IMG/VR virus record: IMGVR_UViG_3300028197_001695
Location: 1-64,000 of that record
Direction: 5' to 3' (one strand)
DNA from: a virus
DNA length: 64,000 nucleotides
A program made the position numbers and the translations under genes. The notes beneath the pieces are model-generated. The model was not told where the DNA came from. It did not search any database and worked only from the letters and a program-made list of their open reading frames with translations. Positions 19,954-29,672 of this stretch are shown one piece after another; positions within the stretch are counted from its first letter, which is position 1, and each line of letters opens with the position of its first letter.

Positions 19954-21566
19954 TAATAATACTTTGCTAAATTATATGATATTGAATTTTGCCCTGTTGA
20001 GTAAGACTCTGATATAACATGGTCCCCAGTACAATAAACAGAGACTAATTCTCTCAAGGTATCTAATTTACTACCATCATTATTACAGGTCGCTGAAATA
20101 GAATACTGCCCCAAACTTCTAGATATAACTTCAGCAGCTTGGAACCCACTTATTGTTTCTTGAACACTGTTAATAACAAGAGGTTTTTTATCCTGAATAT
20201 TAAAAGATAAATTTTTTAATTTCCCTGTAGAATAATCTATTTGATTATTATAATTATAGTTATATGAAATGGTATTCTCAACAGGATCTTTCGATATAGA
20301 AAAAGATTCTGGCTCGACGTTTATATAAGACGAATTAAGTTCATAACCAGTTGCTACTCCAGAAAAGTCTTGAATAGCCGATACAGCTATCGAATATTGA
20401 TCGACTTCACTAAGGGCTGATTCTATAGCCTGAAAGCGAGCGTTGTTTTCAAATTCTCCTGTTGAGTCAATAAGTAAAGTCCCAAAATATTTTAGATCTC
20501 CTTGGATGGAGACAGAAGATACAGCAGCATCTTTTGACAAACGAATGGAAGAAACGTAGGAATGTAATACATTACCATTTATTAAATCTACTTTATCTGA
20601 GTCCGTGAAAGTGAATGAAAATTCAAGTAAATTAGATCCAGTATTTAAATTGTAATTAAATGCAGTTGGACCCTCTTGAACAAAACTATAAACACCTGAT
20701 TCATAATCAGAGTAAGAATTAACCAACGCATTTATTGCGACATCAGTCGCTTGTGCTGGAGTGAAGTTACCAGTAGTTAATAATCCAACTTGAGTGCCTG
20801 TATTCGCGTCTATACTGCCCCGTACGCTTCCATCAACAGTAATTGAAAGTTGACTATCATTACTAAAGCTAATAGAAGTGGAGAGATCTACAATGCCACT
20901 ATCAGAATAAGACCTAGCAGAGTTATCTCTATCAGCAGCAGAATATGAGTATACCTCAGTTACTCCATAAACATTAGATTTTTTATCGACATTTTCCGTC
21001 CTAGACCTCAAGAAAGCATTGTCGCCACTATTGAACAAAGCAATATTTTCAAATCCATAAGCAAGTTTTCCTGTAACAAATTTACGAGCATTATTAAAAG
21101 GATCTTCAGAATTTACTTTTAATCCTTTCGCTGAAACAGTATGAGTAGCGTTTATGATTTTGTTGTCTCCCTCTTCATAAGACCATGAATTTGCTGGCTC
21201 TGTAATTCCGAAATATTCTGAAAAAGTTTCTCCAGAATAATATAGCGCAGTTAAGTTGTATGGGAGGACTGTGGTAGAATCACTATTGCCAAAATCAATA
21301 CTTTCCACGAAGGAACAAGGACAAGTTTTAGTCTCATTTTCAATTGTAATAGTTAAGTCTTCATATTCATTTAGAAAACCACTAACCATTTGCATTTTTT
21401 GTGCATCTAATCCGCTTAAATTACTCCCAGTAAGAAAACCGACCAAGTTGACTCTAATTGCGCTATGATCTAAAAGTCCACCCAATTTCACAACCTCATC
21501 TTCTTCAGAAAAAAGAGGTATTGGTTCTGGGAAAGAGTAGCTCCCGTATGTGATAGAAGTTGCCAT
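19953..21566 (-). CDS. Putative distal tail or hub protein with internal repeats
   Basis: Position after tape measure; repeating beta-hairpin units similar to 21568-23112. Confidence 0.45.
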   Translation of the reverse strand: MATSITYGSYSFPEPIPLFSEEDEVVKLGGLLDHSAIRVNLVGFLTGSNLSGLDAQKMQMVSGFLNEYEDLTITIENETKTCPCSFVESIDFGNSDSTTVLPYNLTALYYSGETFSEYFGITEPANSWSYEEGDNKIINATHTVSAKGLKVNSEDPFNNARKFVTGKLAYGFENIALFNSGDNAFLRSRTENVDKKSNVYGVTEVYSYSAADRDNSARSYSDSGIVDLSTSISFSNDSQLSITVDGSVRGSIDANTGTQVGLLTTGNFTPAQATDVAINALVNSYSDYESGVYSFVQEGPTAFNYNLNTGSNLLEFSFTFTDSDKVDLINGNVLHSYVSSIRLSKDAAVSSVSIQGDLKYFGTLLIDSTGEFENNARFQAIESALSEVDQYSIAVSAIQDFSGVATGYELNSSYINVEPESFSISKDPVENTISYNYNYNNQIDYSTGKLKNLSFNIQDKKPLVINSVQETISGFQAAEVISRSLGQYSISATCNNDGSKLDTLRELVSVYCTGDHVISESYSTGQNSISYNLAKYY

Positions 21567-21567
21567 C

Positions 21568-23112
21568 TTAAGCGATTATATATTGTATTACACGAGTTGT
21601 AGTACCATCTGACAAATTAGATTTCATAACATCACTCGCAGCATAAAAAGTTGTCTCTTGTAAAAATGCATTCATTTCTGAGGTCTTCCCATTTAAAAAG
21701 TCTTTCCCATAAAATTTTCCGTATGCTGGGTCTGAAGTGACGGTAGCTGTGACAGTAGCTGAACCCAACTTATTTAAATCAGAAGTAACGAGCTTTTCTT
21801 TTAGATTCGTTAGATCAAGAACAACAGAACTTCTTTTAACTTTATCTTCCTTCTGAATCGAAATGTTAAATTTCAAGATGCCTTTTGGCAAAGGACCAGA
21901 GTCATATGAGTCATCAGTAATATATTTTATCTCTTCTGTTACTGATCCTTGTGGTTTATCAATTGTAGCCGATCTTGATTTTTCATATATATCTGTAGCT
22001 TCTGAAAACAAACCTAAAACCTTGCTTTCATTTTTATCTTTATAAGAGGTCCATAAAGCTATAACGCTATCATATCTTGTTTGAGAGTTCTTATCTTTAG
22101 CTTTATATGTAACACTCAAATCGTATTCAAGAAATGTTCCATTTTTATTTTTGGAGCAATTATATATAATACTATTATCTTGTGATAATGCTGGGTTAGT
22201 AGAAAACTCAAGAGATAAATTCCCTTTTCTTGAATCTTTAGTAATACCTTTTTCTATTGAAAATGGCTTTCCAAATTTAGTCTGCTCATCAGAAATTATG
22301 CTATCTATTGTTGACGCTATAGCAGACTCCAAGACATTAGACGAATCATACTTTAGAGAAGTGAATTCAACATTAATTCTTTTACTTAAATAACCTATTT
22401 CATCAACAGAAATTGAGCTAGTGATTTTCTTCGATACGTTCTCTGAATCAACAATAAAGGAAGAATCAAAACTTTCTTGTAATTCTACAGATAAGTTTAT
22501 TAAATCAATAGTTTGATTTAGTTTGCCATTGTAGTTATCATTAAATCTAGCATTCTCAGATATACCATCCTCATAGTATCCTAAGTTGGGTCTATTAGCG
22601 TAGTAATAATTAGTTAAAAATATCTTGACATTCGTCAAAAACTGATTTCCTGCATCTTGAGAATACTTAATAGATACATTTCTTGAATATGAGTAATCTG
22701 CATCAGACCTGCCGAATGTATAATTTTCTGAAAAGCTTTCTAGTAAATGAGGGTTTGGTATGTATTTCGCAAAAGTCTTTGAACTATAGTCATCCAACCT
22801 CCTCCTTTCTTGAATTCCAATGTTAACTGTATCCTCACCATTGAGAGATCCTTCTTCAAAAGAAACACTAGTTACTAATCCATTAAGTATTTCATCACCA
22901 GCGATCCTTGCTGTTATATTCCTTCTTTTATAAGCTGCTCTAATTGCCGATCTACCAGAAAGAAGAACTCCATCGTTATTATCGAAAAGAACATCTTCTA
23001 CCTTTAAAGAATAATTTAAAGCAACTACATACCCAAATATCTCTTCACTCTCTAAATAGGAGTAAGATATTTGCGAGCTAGAATTGATTACATTATTTAC
23101 TAAAAGACTCAT
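21568..23112 (-). CDS. Putative distal tail or hub protein, probable paralogue of 19953-21566
   Basis: Immediately downstream of tape measure; similar length and repeat pattern. Confidence 0.45.
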   Translation of the reverse strand: MSLLVNNVINSSSQISYSYLESEEIFGYVVALNYSLKVEDVLFDNNDGVLLSGRSAIRAAYKRRNITARIAGDEILNGLVTSVSFEEGSLNGEDTVNIGIQERRRLDDYSSKTFAKYIPNPHLLESFSENYTFGRSDADYSYSRNVSIKYSQDAGNQFLTNVKIFLTNYYYANRPNLGYYEDGISENARFNDNYNGKLNQTIDLINLSVELQESFDSSFIVDSENVSKKITSSISVDEIGYLSKRINVEFTSLKYDSSNVLESAIASTIDSIISDEQTKFGKPFSIEKGITKDSRKGNLSLEFSTNPALSQDNSIIYNCSKNKNGTFLEYDLSVTYKAKDKNSQTRYDSVIALWTSYKDKNESKVLGLFSEATDIYEKSRSATIDKPQGSVTEEIKYITDDSYDSGPLPKGILKFNISIQKEDKVKRSSVVLDLTNLKEKLVTSDLNKLGSATVTATVTSDPAYGKFYGKDFLNGKTSEMNAFLQETTFYAASDVMKSNLSDGTTTRVIQYIIA

Positions 23113-23129
23113 TTAAATATTTTATAATC

Positions 23130-26100
23130 TTAATTCGCAGCCTCTCCTTTTAAAGCCCCAACAACGTCGTCCAACTCTGATTGCTCTTTACCGCGAGCTG
23201 CTTCAAGTTTAGCTATTCTTTTATCTTGTTCTTTAAGATTCACATCAACCCTAGACACTAATCCATTAACCGTTTCTGCTATACCAGTGACTACACCTGT
23301 TGCCTTAGCTAATATTTTTGTGTCTCCAGCTGCTTTTTCCAATGAAGTACGAATTTTCTGCATCTGAGCTGTTACATTAGATTTGCCGAATGCGTCTCCA
23401 AAATCGTTCATTTTCCTTTCTAATTCTTCGCCTTGTTTCGCTAATGCTGCTGCGACCATATCTAAATCACTCCTTCTTTTGTCATTAGCTCTTGATGGAA
23501 GATATTGAGAATAACGTTCTCTTTCTTCAGCAGTTCCCCCTTCGATACGAGACTTACCTTCAATTCTTCTTAAACCTGCTTCATCTATTAGTTGCCTACT
23601 ATCTCCAGAAGCTAATCCAGCAGCTTTTCTTAAAGCATCTTTCATTGCTTCAGATTGACCAGAAAGTGTCGTTCCTTCAAATTCAGCAATACGCTTGGCC
23701 CTTTCTTCGTCTGTCTTCGCTGACTTAAAATCTTTTCGGAAAGCTCCTATTGAGTCGAGGTCAATTTTGTCGCCTTGGACTCCTTTGGAGATACCTGATA
23801 TAGCGGTCTGAATAGCTTCACTTTGTAATTTGGCAGACTCTTTAGCAACTTCCGCTTGTCTGTTCAATATTTCTGTTTGCTTCTGCGCCATGAAAATAGC
23901 AGCATCTTTGACTTTTTGGTTAAAGTTTTCTGAAGCCTTCTTTATAGCTTCACCAAGCTCTTTTCTTTCTGCTGGATCTTTCGATACTCTAAGCTGAGTT
24001 TTTAAATCTTCAAGATCCCCCTTTGCAATACCTGCCTCTGCTTGTTTTGAACCAATAGCAAGATCTCTTTTTAAAACACCTGCCAATGGCCCTTGAACTC
24101 CTTGCATTAAAGCTGACGCAGTATCAAGGTTCCCTTTCTTTTCCTTTACTGTTTCTTTTAGTTTTATTCCTTCGTTTTTGCTTTTAAATCTTAATATGTC
24201 TGCTTCAATGCGTTTTAATGCATTTACTTTTGCTTGGATTGTCGCAGTTTTCGCTGCTATTTCACCTGCTCTGGCTGTCGCCTTTTCAAATTTAGCCATG
24301 ACTTCTTCAAAGTCACTATTTATCTGTTCCTGTGTCCTGTCTTCTGAAGGATCTTCTAGAGTTAATGCAGTTAGTTGAGCTTGCATTCCCTCGATTGGTC
24401 CTGAAATATCAAGGTTGCCAAAACCTAGATCAGTTAATTTCTTTAACTTGGCAGTTATAACGCTTGCGTCCAGACCACCAAAGCCTTTTTCCATAGCGTC
24501 TTCAATAGATGCTCCCTTCCTTTGCTGTTCAGCAACTTTCGCCTGTGCTTTTTCGTATGCTTCAGCAGCTTTTTTATTTTTAAATAAGCCTATTCCCAAA
24601 CCAACTAAAGCTCCAGCAGCTGCGCCAATCGGACCTCCTATCGCTGCTCCAGTCGCAGCGAAACTAGCCATCTCAGTTCCGACAGTCAAAAGACTTTGCT
24701 TGGTAGTTACCGCTTCACCTTCTATTGCTTTGTTCGCCTCTTGCAGTTGGGTTGACATCATGCTTAAGCCAATACTCGCGGTTATCCCCCCTTGTCCTTC
24801 CATCCTCCCTTGTACCCCCCTTTTTACTTTGTGAAACCTGCTATTTATATTGCTTGATCCGGGTGTTGGCTTGAGTTTAGAAGCCTTTCCCCCTACTTTT
24901 GAGAGAAGACCTAGTAAAGGTTTTATTAGACTACCAGCTGCGTAATTAGGGACATGTCTGTTTAACTTTAAATTTGGTAATGAACCTTTCGCCTTAAATG
25001 GCAGTTTCAGCCCCCTACTAGCTCTTTGTGCGCTAGTTGCCTTCCTCCTTTCAGATCTAAGGCTCGTTCCTTTTTTTCCAGCTGCTTTCGCAGTTTGTCT
25101 ATCAACCTCTTTCTGAGTAAAAGCTCCAGCACCAGTCTCTCTTCTTGCTTTTCTGATAAATGACCTCTTGTTTCCACTAGAGCTAGAATTTTTAAAATCA
25201 CCAATAGTCTGACGTATCCCAAAAAGCTTTTGAATTCTGCTGATATTTGGCCCTCCTCTAACATCAAAATCACCACCCGCATCCCTCTCTCTAGCCTCAT
25301 ATTTTAAAGACTTACTTATGCCCACTTCAAATGCAGATCCAACAGCAGCGTTCAAAGCTCCTTTGGCTCCACGGATAGAGTCAAATCCTTTTGCTATTTC
25401 AGATACTGGTGCAGATTTATCTAATGGCTTTATCCTTGAAGTCCAATCAGCAGCTTCCTTGAATAGATTGTCTTTAATTTTCTTTTCTAAAGAATCTTCT
25501 TCATTGTCAGATGCTTTTTTAATTTGAGAGGACTTTATTCCATGAATTTGATGAGTCGCCTTGTAGGGTTTCTTATCCACCGTCATTGGTTTGCCAAAAG
25601 AACTTCTTTCGTCTATTTTTGGAGTCAACATTACAAAACGGTCTCCCGATTGTTTCTCACTAAATGAAGTTCCTTCGGCTGACCCTTTTTTCCCTTTAAA
25701 TAGGTTTCTCTTCCCGCTACCTTTGTTAAATCTAGGGATTTGATCTTCGCGTAAAATTTCTTCTCTTCCATTAATGCGAACTTGCATTTCGGAAGTGTTC
25801 ATAACAGCAGGTCTCCCTCTAAAATCAGTCAAATAAGGCGATGCTCCTTTAGGAGCTTCTCTAGCCTCATTCATCATTGCTGACATCAAGTTTGGCTCCA
25901 TTTCCCCTTCTCCTCCAGCAGCGTAACGCTTCCCTCGCTTACCTGTGAAACCTCCTGACCCACTAAATCCTCTAACTCCTTTTGCAGATGCTTGCGTAGC
26001 AATCCTTCTTACTAGCTGCTCTTGTTGAGTTAATAACTGATTTTCTCTCTTAATGGCCGAGATTACAGCTTGTTCTTTTTCAGCTTGTGTCGCTGTGGTG

Positions 26101-27503
26101 CTTGCAAGTTTTTTTCTTAAGTTAGCGTCTTTTTGCAATAAGCCAATAATACCACCTTCAATATTCTTGATTCTTTCGGCAGCAGAACCCATCTGCATTA
26201 CTGTCTTGAATCCTTCTTTAGCGAATCTAAGAACAGTCCGGAATATCTTAACAAAAGCTACTGTAAACAACGCTAACCCCGGACCAGATATAAACCCTCC
26301 AATAATTTTGAATAATCCTTGAACAAATTTATTACCTTTTTCTGGATCAAGGGCTTTATCTAATCCTTCTGCTAAGGTTGTCGCAATCCCAACTAGACTT
26401 CCCAACAAGGGAGCAAAAGTAAGCTGGCCAACCTTCTCTCCAAGACTTGTCGCGCTAACAATAAGAGAATTCAAGTTTGCTTTCAATGTCTCATTAAGAG
26501 CGTTATTTTTTATCGTAGCTTCGTTTATAGCCTGAAAGGAAGTTGTAGTAGCCTCCCCAAAAACAGAAGCATCGTTACCAATATCTTTTAACGCAGCACT
26601 AACAACGTTAATTTGGAACACACCACCAGCGAGTTCTTTAATTTGACTTGCTACAGTTGGATCAGATATTTTTTGTAATGCATCAGATAAGGCTTTTAAT
26701 TTTTGAACGCCAGACTGGTTTGCATCTATCGCAACTCCCAACGATTGAAGATCTTCAATTGTAGAACCCCTACTCAAGCGAGTAAAAATTGATTTAAAAG
26801 CGTTACCAATAACAGCACCACCACGCGCAGTCCTCTGCTCAACAGCGGTAATTAAACCAAGCAGTTCATCGAAAGAAACTCCCGCATCTTCTGCTGTAGA
26901 ACCAGCTCGACTAAAACCATCTGCGAGGTCTTGAGCAGATACCGCGAAAGCGGTATCAACAGCGACAATTTTGTTAACCACTTGTTCCGCAGTTAACCCA
27001 GCAGAAGTGAAACCATTCATTGCTGCTGTTAAAGCCTTCACTGATTGCTCCGCTCCAAGTCCAGAAATCCTAGTAAGAACAAGAGCTGCCTCTAATCTTT
27101 TAGCACTCTCTGTAGCACTAAGACCTTGCCTAGCAAGTTCAGCAGCACCTTCGGCTACAGTGTCAAACGATTGACCTGTGCTTTTAGCTACCTGAAAAAT
27201 TGAGTTTCTATATTTGTTGAACTCTGAAGCTCCTGCGCCCAAGATGGAGTTAATCTCTTTTAATTTTGCTTCTACATTAATGGTGGTTGTGACTAATGCC
27301 CTAAAAGATTGAGTAATCCCGTTAATAACAGTAGTAGTGGCTCCAAAAGCAAAAACACGAGCAGTAGATGCATCTAAAGATTTCTGGAACTCAGAAGCTT
27401 GTCCTGTAATTCTACCTAAAGCTTGTTGCACCTGCTTCGCAGAGGCATTGATACTAGCTGGATTTAGGTTTAAATTAGCATTAATGTTAATTGGAGCAGC
27501 CAT
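23130..27503 (-). CDS. Tail tape measure protein
   Basis: 1457 aa, Ala/Gly-rich helical; TP901-like core (EINSILG...FQVAKSTG...AELARQGL), hydrophobic segments, coiled-coil C-terminus; follows two chaperone-like genes. Confidence 0.9.
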   Translation of the reverse strand: MAAPININANLNLNPASINASAKQVQQALGRITGQASEFQKSLDASTARVFAFGATTTVINGITQSFRALVTTTINVEAKLKEINSILGAGASEFNKYRNSIFQVAKSTGQSFDTVAEGAAELARQGLSATESAKRLEAALVLTRISGLGAEQSVKALTAAMNGFTSAGLTAEQVVNKIVAVDTAFAVSAQDLADGFSRAGSTAEDAGVSFDELLGLITAVEQRTARGGAVIGNAFKSIFTRLSRGSTIEDLQSLGVAIDANQSGVQKLKALSDALQKISDPTVASQIKELAGGVFQINVVSAALKDIGNDASVFGEATTTSFQAINEATIKNNALNETLKANLNSLIVSATSLGEKVGQLTFAPLLGSLVGIATTLAEGLDKALDPEKGNKFVQGLFKIIGGFISGPGLALFTVAFVKIFRTVLRFAKEGFKTVMQMGSAAERIKNIEGGIIGLLQKDANLRKKLASTTATQAEKEQAVISAIKRENQLLTQQEQLVRRIATQASAKGVRGFSGSGGFTGKRGKRYAAGGEGEMEPNLMSAMMNEAREAPKGASPYLTDFRGRPAVMNTSEMQVRINGREEILREDQIPRFNKGSGKRNLFKGKKGSAEGTSFSEKQSGDRFVMLTPKIDERSSFGKPMTVDKKPYKATHQIHGIKSSQIKKASDNEEDSLEKKIKDNLFKEAADWTSRIKPLDKSAPVSEIAKGFDSIRGAKGALNAAVGSAFEVGISKSLKYEARERDAGGDFDVRGGPNISRIQKLFGIRQTIGDFKNSSSSGNKRSFIRKARRETGAGAFTQKEVDRQTAKAAGKKGTSLRSERRKATSAQRASRGLKLPFKAKGSLPNLKLNRHVPNYAAGSLIKPLLGLLSKVGGKASKLKPTPGSSNINSRFHKVKRGVQGRMEGQGGITASIGLSMMSTQLQEANKAIEGEAVTTKQSLLTVGTEMASFAATGAAIGGPIGAAAGALVGLGIGLFKNKKAAEAYEKAQAKVAEQQRKGASIEDAMEKGFGGLDASVITAKLKKLTDLGFGNLDISGPIEGMQAQLTALTLEDPSEDRTQEQINSDFEEVMAKFEKATARAGEIAAKTATIQAKVNALKRIEADILRFKSKNEGIKLKETVKEKKGNLDTASALMQGVQGPLAGVLKRDLAIGSKQAEAGIAKGDLEDLKTQLRVSKDPAERKELGEAIKKASENFNQKVKDAAIFMAQKQTEILNRQAEVAKESAKLQSEAIQTAISGISKGVQGDKIDLDSIGAFRKDFKSAKTDEERAKRIAEFEGTTLSGQSEAMKDALRKAAGLASGDSRQLIDEAGLRRIEGKSRIEGGTAEERERYSQYLPSRANDKRRSDLDMVAAALAKQGEELERKMNDFGDAFGKSNVTAQMQKIRTSLEKAAGDTKILAKATGVVTGIAETVNGLVSRVDVNLKEQDKRIAKLEAARGKEQSELDDVVGALKGEAAN

Positions 27504-27513
27504 TGTAATTTAA

Positions 27514-27518
27514 TACAC
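27514..27518 (-). promoter_or_regulatory. GTGTA candidate late-promoter motif
   Basis: GTGTA-TTAAATTACA-ATG(tape measure). Confidence 0.55.
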
Positions 27519-28378
27519 TAAAAGTCTTCGGCTGTCAGCTTTCCTCCATTTTGTGCCATTTTAGCTCTCAGATCAGACACTCCTTCTGTAACCTTGTCTT
27601 CTCTTGAAGAATTTTCTTTCTGGCTAAAATTGTATAATTTTAAGGCATCATCTTTGATATCATCAGGGATATCCAAATTTTGCAGTTTATTTAAAAGAAC
27701 AGAAGCATAAGATAACAAATTTTTCTGCCAAAGAGTTATGTCATAAATATTTTTGTCTATTATCTTGCTAGGTTGCCTATAATTTAAACAATAGAAATCA
27801 AAAAAAGAAGGGTCGTAAGAAACCTGAATTATCTTTTCAGAATTGCTTAGATTATCTATCAATAAATTGACTTCAGGAATTAGTAACATTAGATCTTCTT
27901 CACTAATAATCTCTGACATCTCTTCATCATAAAAAAGACTCAAACTAATTTCTTTATTTATCCTTTTTCTTTTCGCTAAATTTTCAGCACTGTGAAGAAT
28001 AAATTGATTCTTTTTTGTTTGTAGTTCTGTCAGTTCATCTACCTGTTTCTGAATAGAACCCTCAAAAGCTTTTTTGGTATTATCATCTATTATCTTTGAA
28101 GCAGCTTTTCTTGATTTGTCGATCATCCACTTCAAATCTTTCATTGAAGCTTCTTCCTGCTTTGACCAATTGCCTCTTTTGATAGCTTGTTCTAAGAGCT
28201 GTTCCTCACTCTTAATTCCTTGCTTCTTAGCTTGATGTACACAATCCAACTCAAACTCTTCAAGTTTGAGACCATCATAAATCTTGAAGTGTTTAAAATA
28301 GTAATTCTTATATTTGTGGGTTATTTTACTATAACCCCTTAATATATCTAAGAGTAGTAATGAAAGTTGTTGTCTCAT
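27518..28378 (-). CDS. Putative tail assembly chaperone
   Basis: Helical, between tail tube and tape measure; ATGA-coupled to the upstream gene. Confidence 0.45.
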   Translation of the reverse strand: MRQQLSLLLLDILRGYSKITHKYKNYYFKHFKIYDGLKLEEFELDCVHQAKKQGIKSEEQLLEQAIKRGNWSKQEEASMKDLKWMIDKSRKAASKIIDDNTKKAFEGSIQKQVDELTELQTKKNQFILHSAENLAKRKRINKEISLSLFYDEEMSEIISEEDLMLLIPEVNLLIDNLSNSEKIIQVSYDPSFFDFYCLNYRQPSKIIDKNIYDITLWQKNLLSYASVLLNKLQNLDIPDDIKDDALKLYNFSQKENSSREDKVTEGVSDLRAKMAQNGGKLTAEDF

Positions 28379-29157
28379 TCATCACCGAATACTTCCTTAA
28401 TCTTCTCTTCAATTTCTTTTTGGCTTGAACCCATTTTGTTATACCACAGGTTAGCAACTTTAGCCAAAGTCTCGAAAGAGAGGTCAAAAACACCTTTATT
28501 CTTCAAGAGAGTTGAGTCTTCTAGATCCTCCTCATCTTCACACAGTTGCAAGTAATGCAATCTTTTTTCTTTGAAATCATCTCCTACAAAAAGTGGGAAA
28601 GTCTCAGTGGAGTCTTCTATTTTATCTTCGTAGTAAGAAAAATTAAAAATAAACCATTCAATAAGCTTTTGTTCTGCTTTCGCTTCTGCTGTCTGATTAT
28701 ACTGAATTCTATGGAACTCTTCGAAATCTGCTACAGTTTTTTGAGTTTCAACAAACTTTTCTCTAGCTGCCACTAATTTTTTATTTTGCTCCTCATCTAG
28801 ACCCTTCTGACCTTCATAAAACTCAATAACTTTAGCAGCCTCCATGTTATCAACAAAAGCCTTATTAATTAAATCATTGCTCGCTTTAGAAGAACCTCCT
28901 CCAGCGTCCTCAATTTTCTTATTCAATAAGTACCTAGTGAGATATCCAGCATTAATTAAATCATTATATTGCTGCCCATAAAAGAATTCTGCATTTTCAA
29001 TTTCTGCGTAAGACGGTTTAGCGAAAATAACTTTGTGAGAAATTGTTTTGGTTTTAGTCTTGGCCGATTCTACGATCTTTCCTTTCGCATTCTCTTTCTG
29101 AATAACAATTTTTTGCTTTACTTTCCTTTTGATTGGGAATGAATACAGTTCTTTCAT
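28375..29157 (-). CDS. Putative tail assembly chaperone
   Basis: Helical and charged, between tail tube and tape measure. Confidence 0.45.
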   Translation of the reverse strand: MKELYSFPIKRKVKQKIVIQKENAKGKIVESAKTKTKTISHKVIFAKPSYAEIENAEFFYGQQYNDLINAGYLTRYLLNKKIEDAGGGSSKASNDLINKAFVDNMEAAKVIEFYEGQKGLDEEQNKKLVAAREKFVETQKTVADFEEFHRIQYNQTAEAKAEQKLIEWFIFNFSYYEDKIEDSTETFPLFVGDDFKEKRLHYLQLCEDEEDLEDSTLLKNKGVFDLSFETLAKVANLWYNKMGSSQKEIEEKIKEVFGDE

Positions 29158-29208
29158 ATGCTTTTTAACGATATATTATCGTAAAAAAAAGAAATATATC
29201 AACAAATA

Positions 29209-29595
29209 CTAAAAAATATACTCAATATCAAGCGAAGCATCCCCATGCTTTTCAAACTCAATGTAATCAAAACCAGTCGAACCAGAAATGTTATTGGCAA
29301 TCAATACGTCATCAAGAAAGTAAGAATAAGTGTTATCATTTTTCATGTGAACAGATATGTTAACTGGGATATTTGGTGCATAGCCACCAACAAAATTTCC
29401 AGACTGATCAAACACATATCCCTCATATCCAGAAAAAACAAAGCCACTGTTAAGTAATCCTGTACTGCCTCCTTCTCCAGTGACGACATCTCCAGTGCCA
29501 GCAGCTACATAGAATCCAGAGTAAGTATTCTCGACTAATATATCTAAATTAACAATCGACTCTTCTTTACCTGTTACTTGTTGATAAACCTTCAT
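29209..29595 (-). CDS. Hypothetical beta-rich protein, probably structural
   Basis: 128-aa ORF with its own GTGTA motif 11 nt upstream. Confidence 0.5.
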   Translation of the reverse strand: MKVYQQVTGKEESIVNLDILVENTYSGFYVAAGTGDVVTGEGGSTGLLNSGFVFSGYEGYVFDQSGNFVGGYAPNIPVNISVHMKNDNTYSYFLDDVLIANNISGSTGFDYIEFEKHGDASLDIEYIF

Positions 29596-29606
29596 TCTCT
29601 ATATAT

Positions 29607-29611
29607 TACAC
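29607..29611 (-). promoter_or_regulatory. GTGTA candidate late-promoter motif
   Basis: GTGTA-ATATATAGAGA-ATG, directly after the tail-tube terminator. Confidence 0.55.
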
Positions 29612-29642
29612 AAAAAAACAGCCCCACCTTTCGGTGAGGCTG
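29611..29642 (-). terminator. Rho-independent terminator after tail tube gene
   Basis: CAGCCTCACC-GAAA-GGTGGGGCTG followed by T7. Confidence 0.85.
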
Positions 29643-29672
29643 CTTTGTGAGTTTTATAGTTTTTTATTGATC

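Noticed and set aside
28340-28430. Programmed -1 frameshift between the two tail chaperone genes (lambda G/GT type)
   Set aside because: No X XXY YYZ heptamer was seen near the end of 28375-29157, and the second gene has its own ATG in an ATGA overlap.
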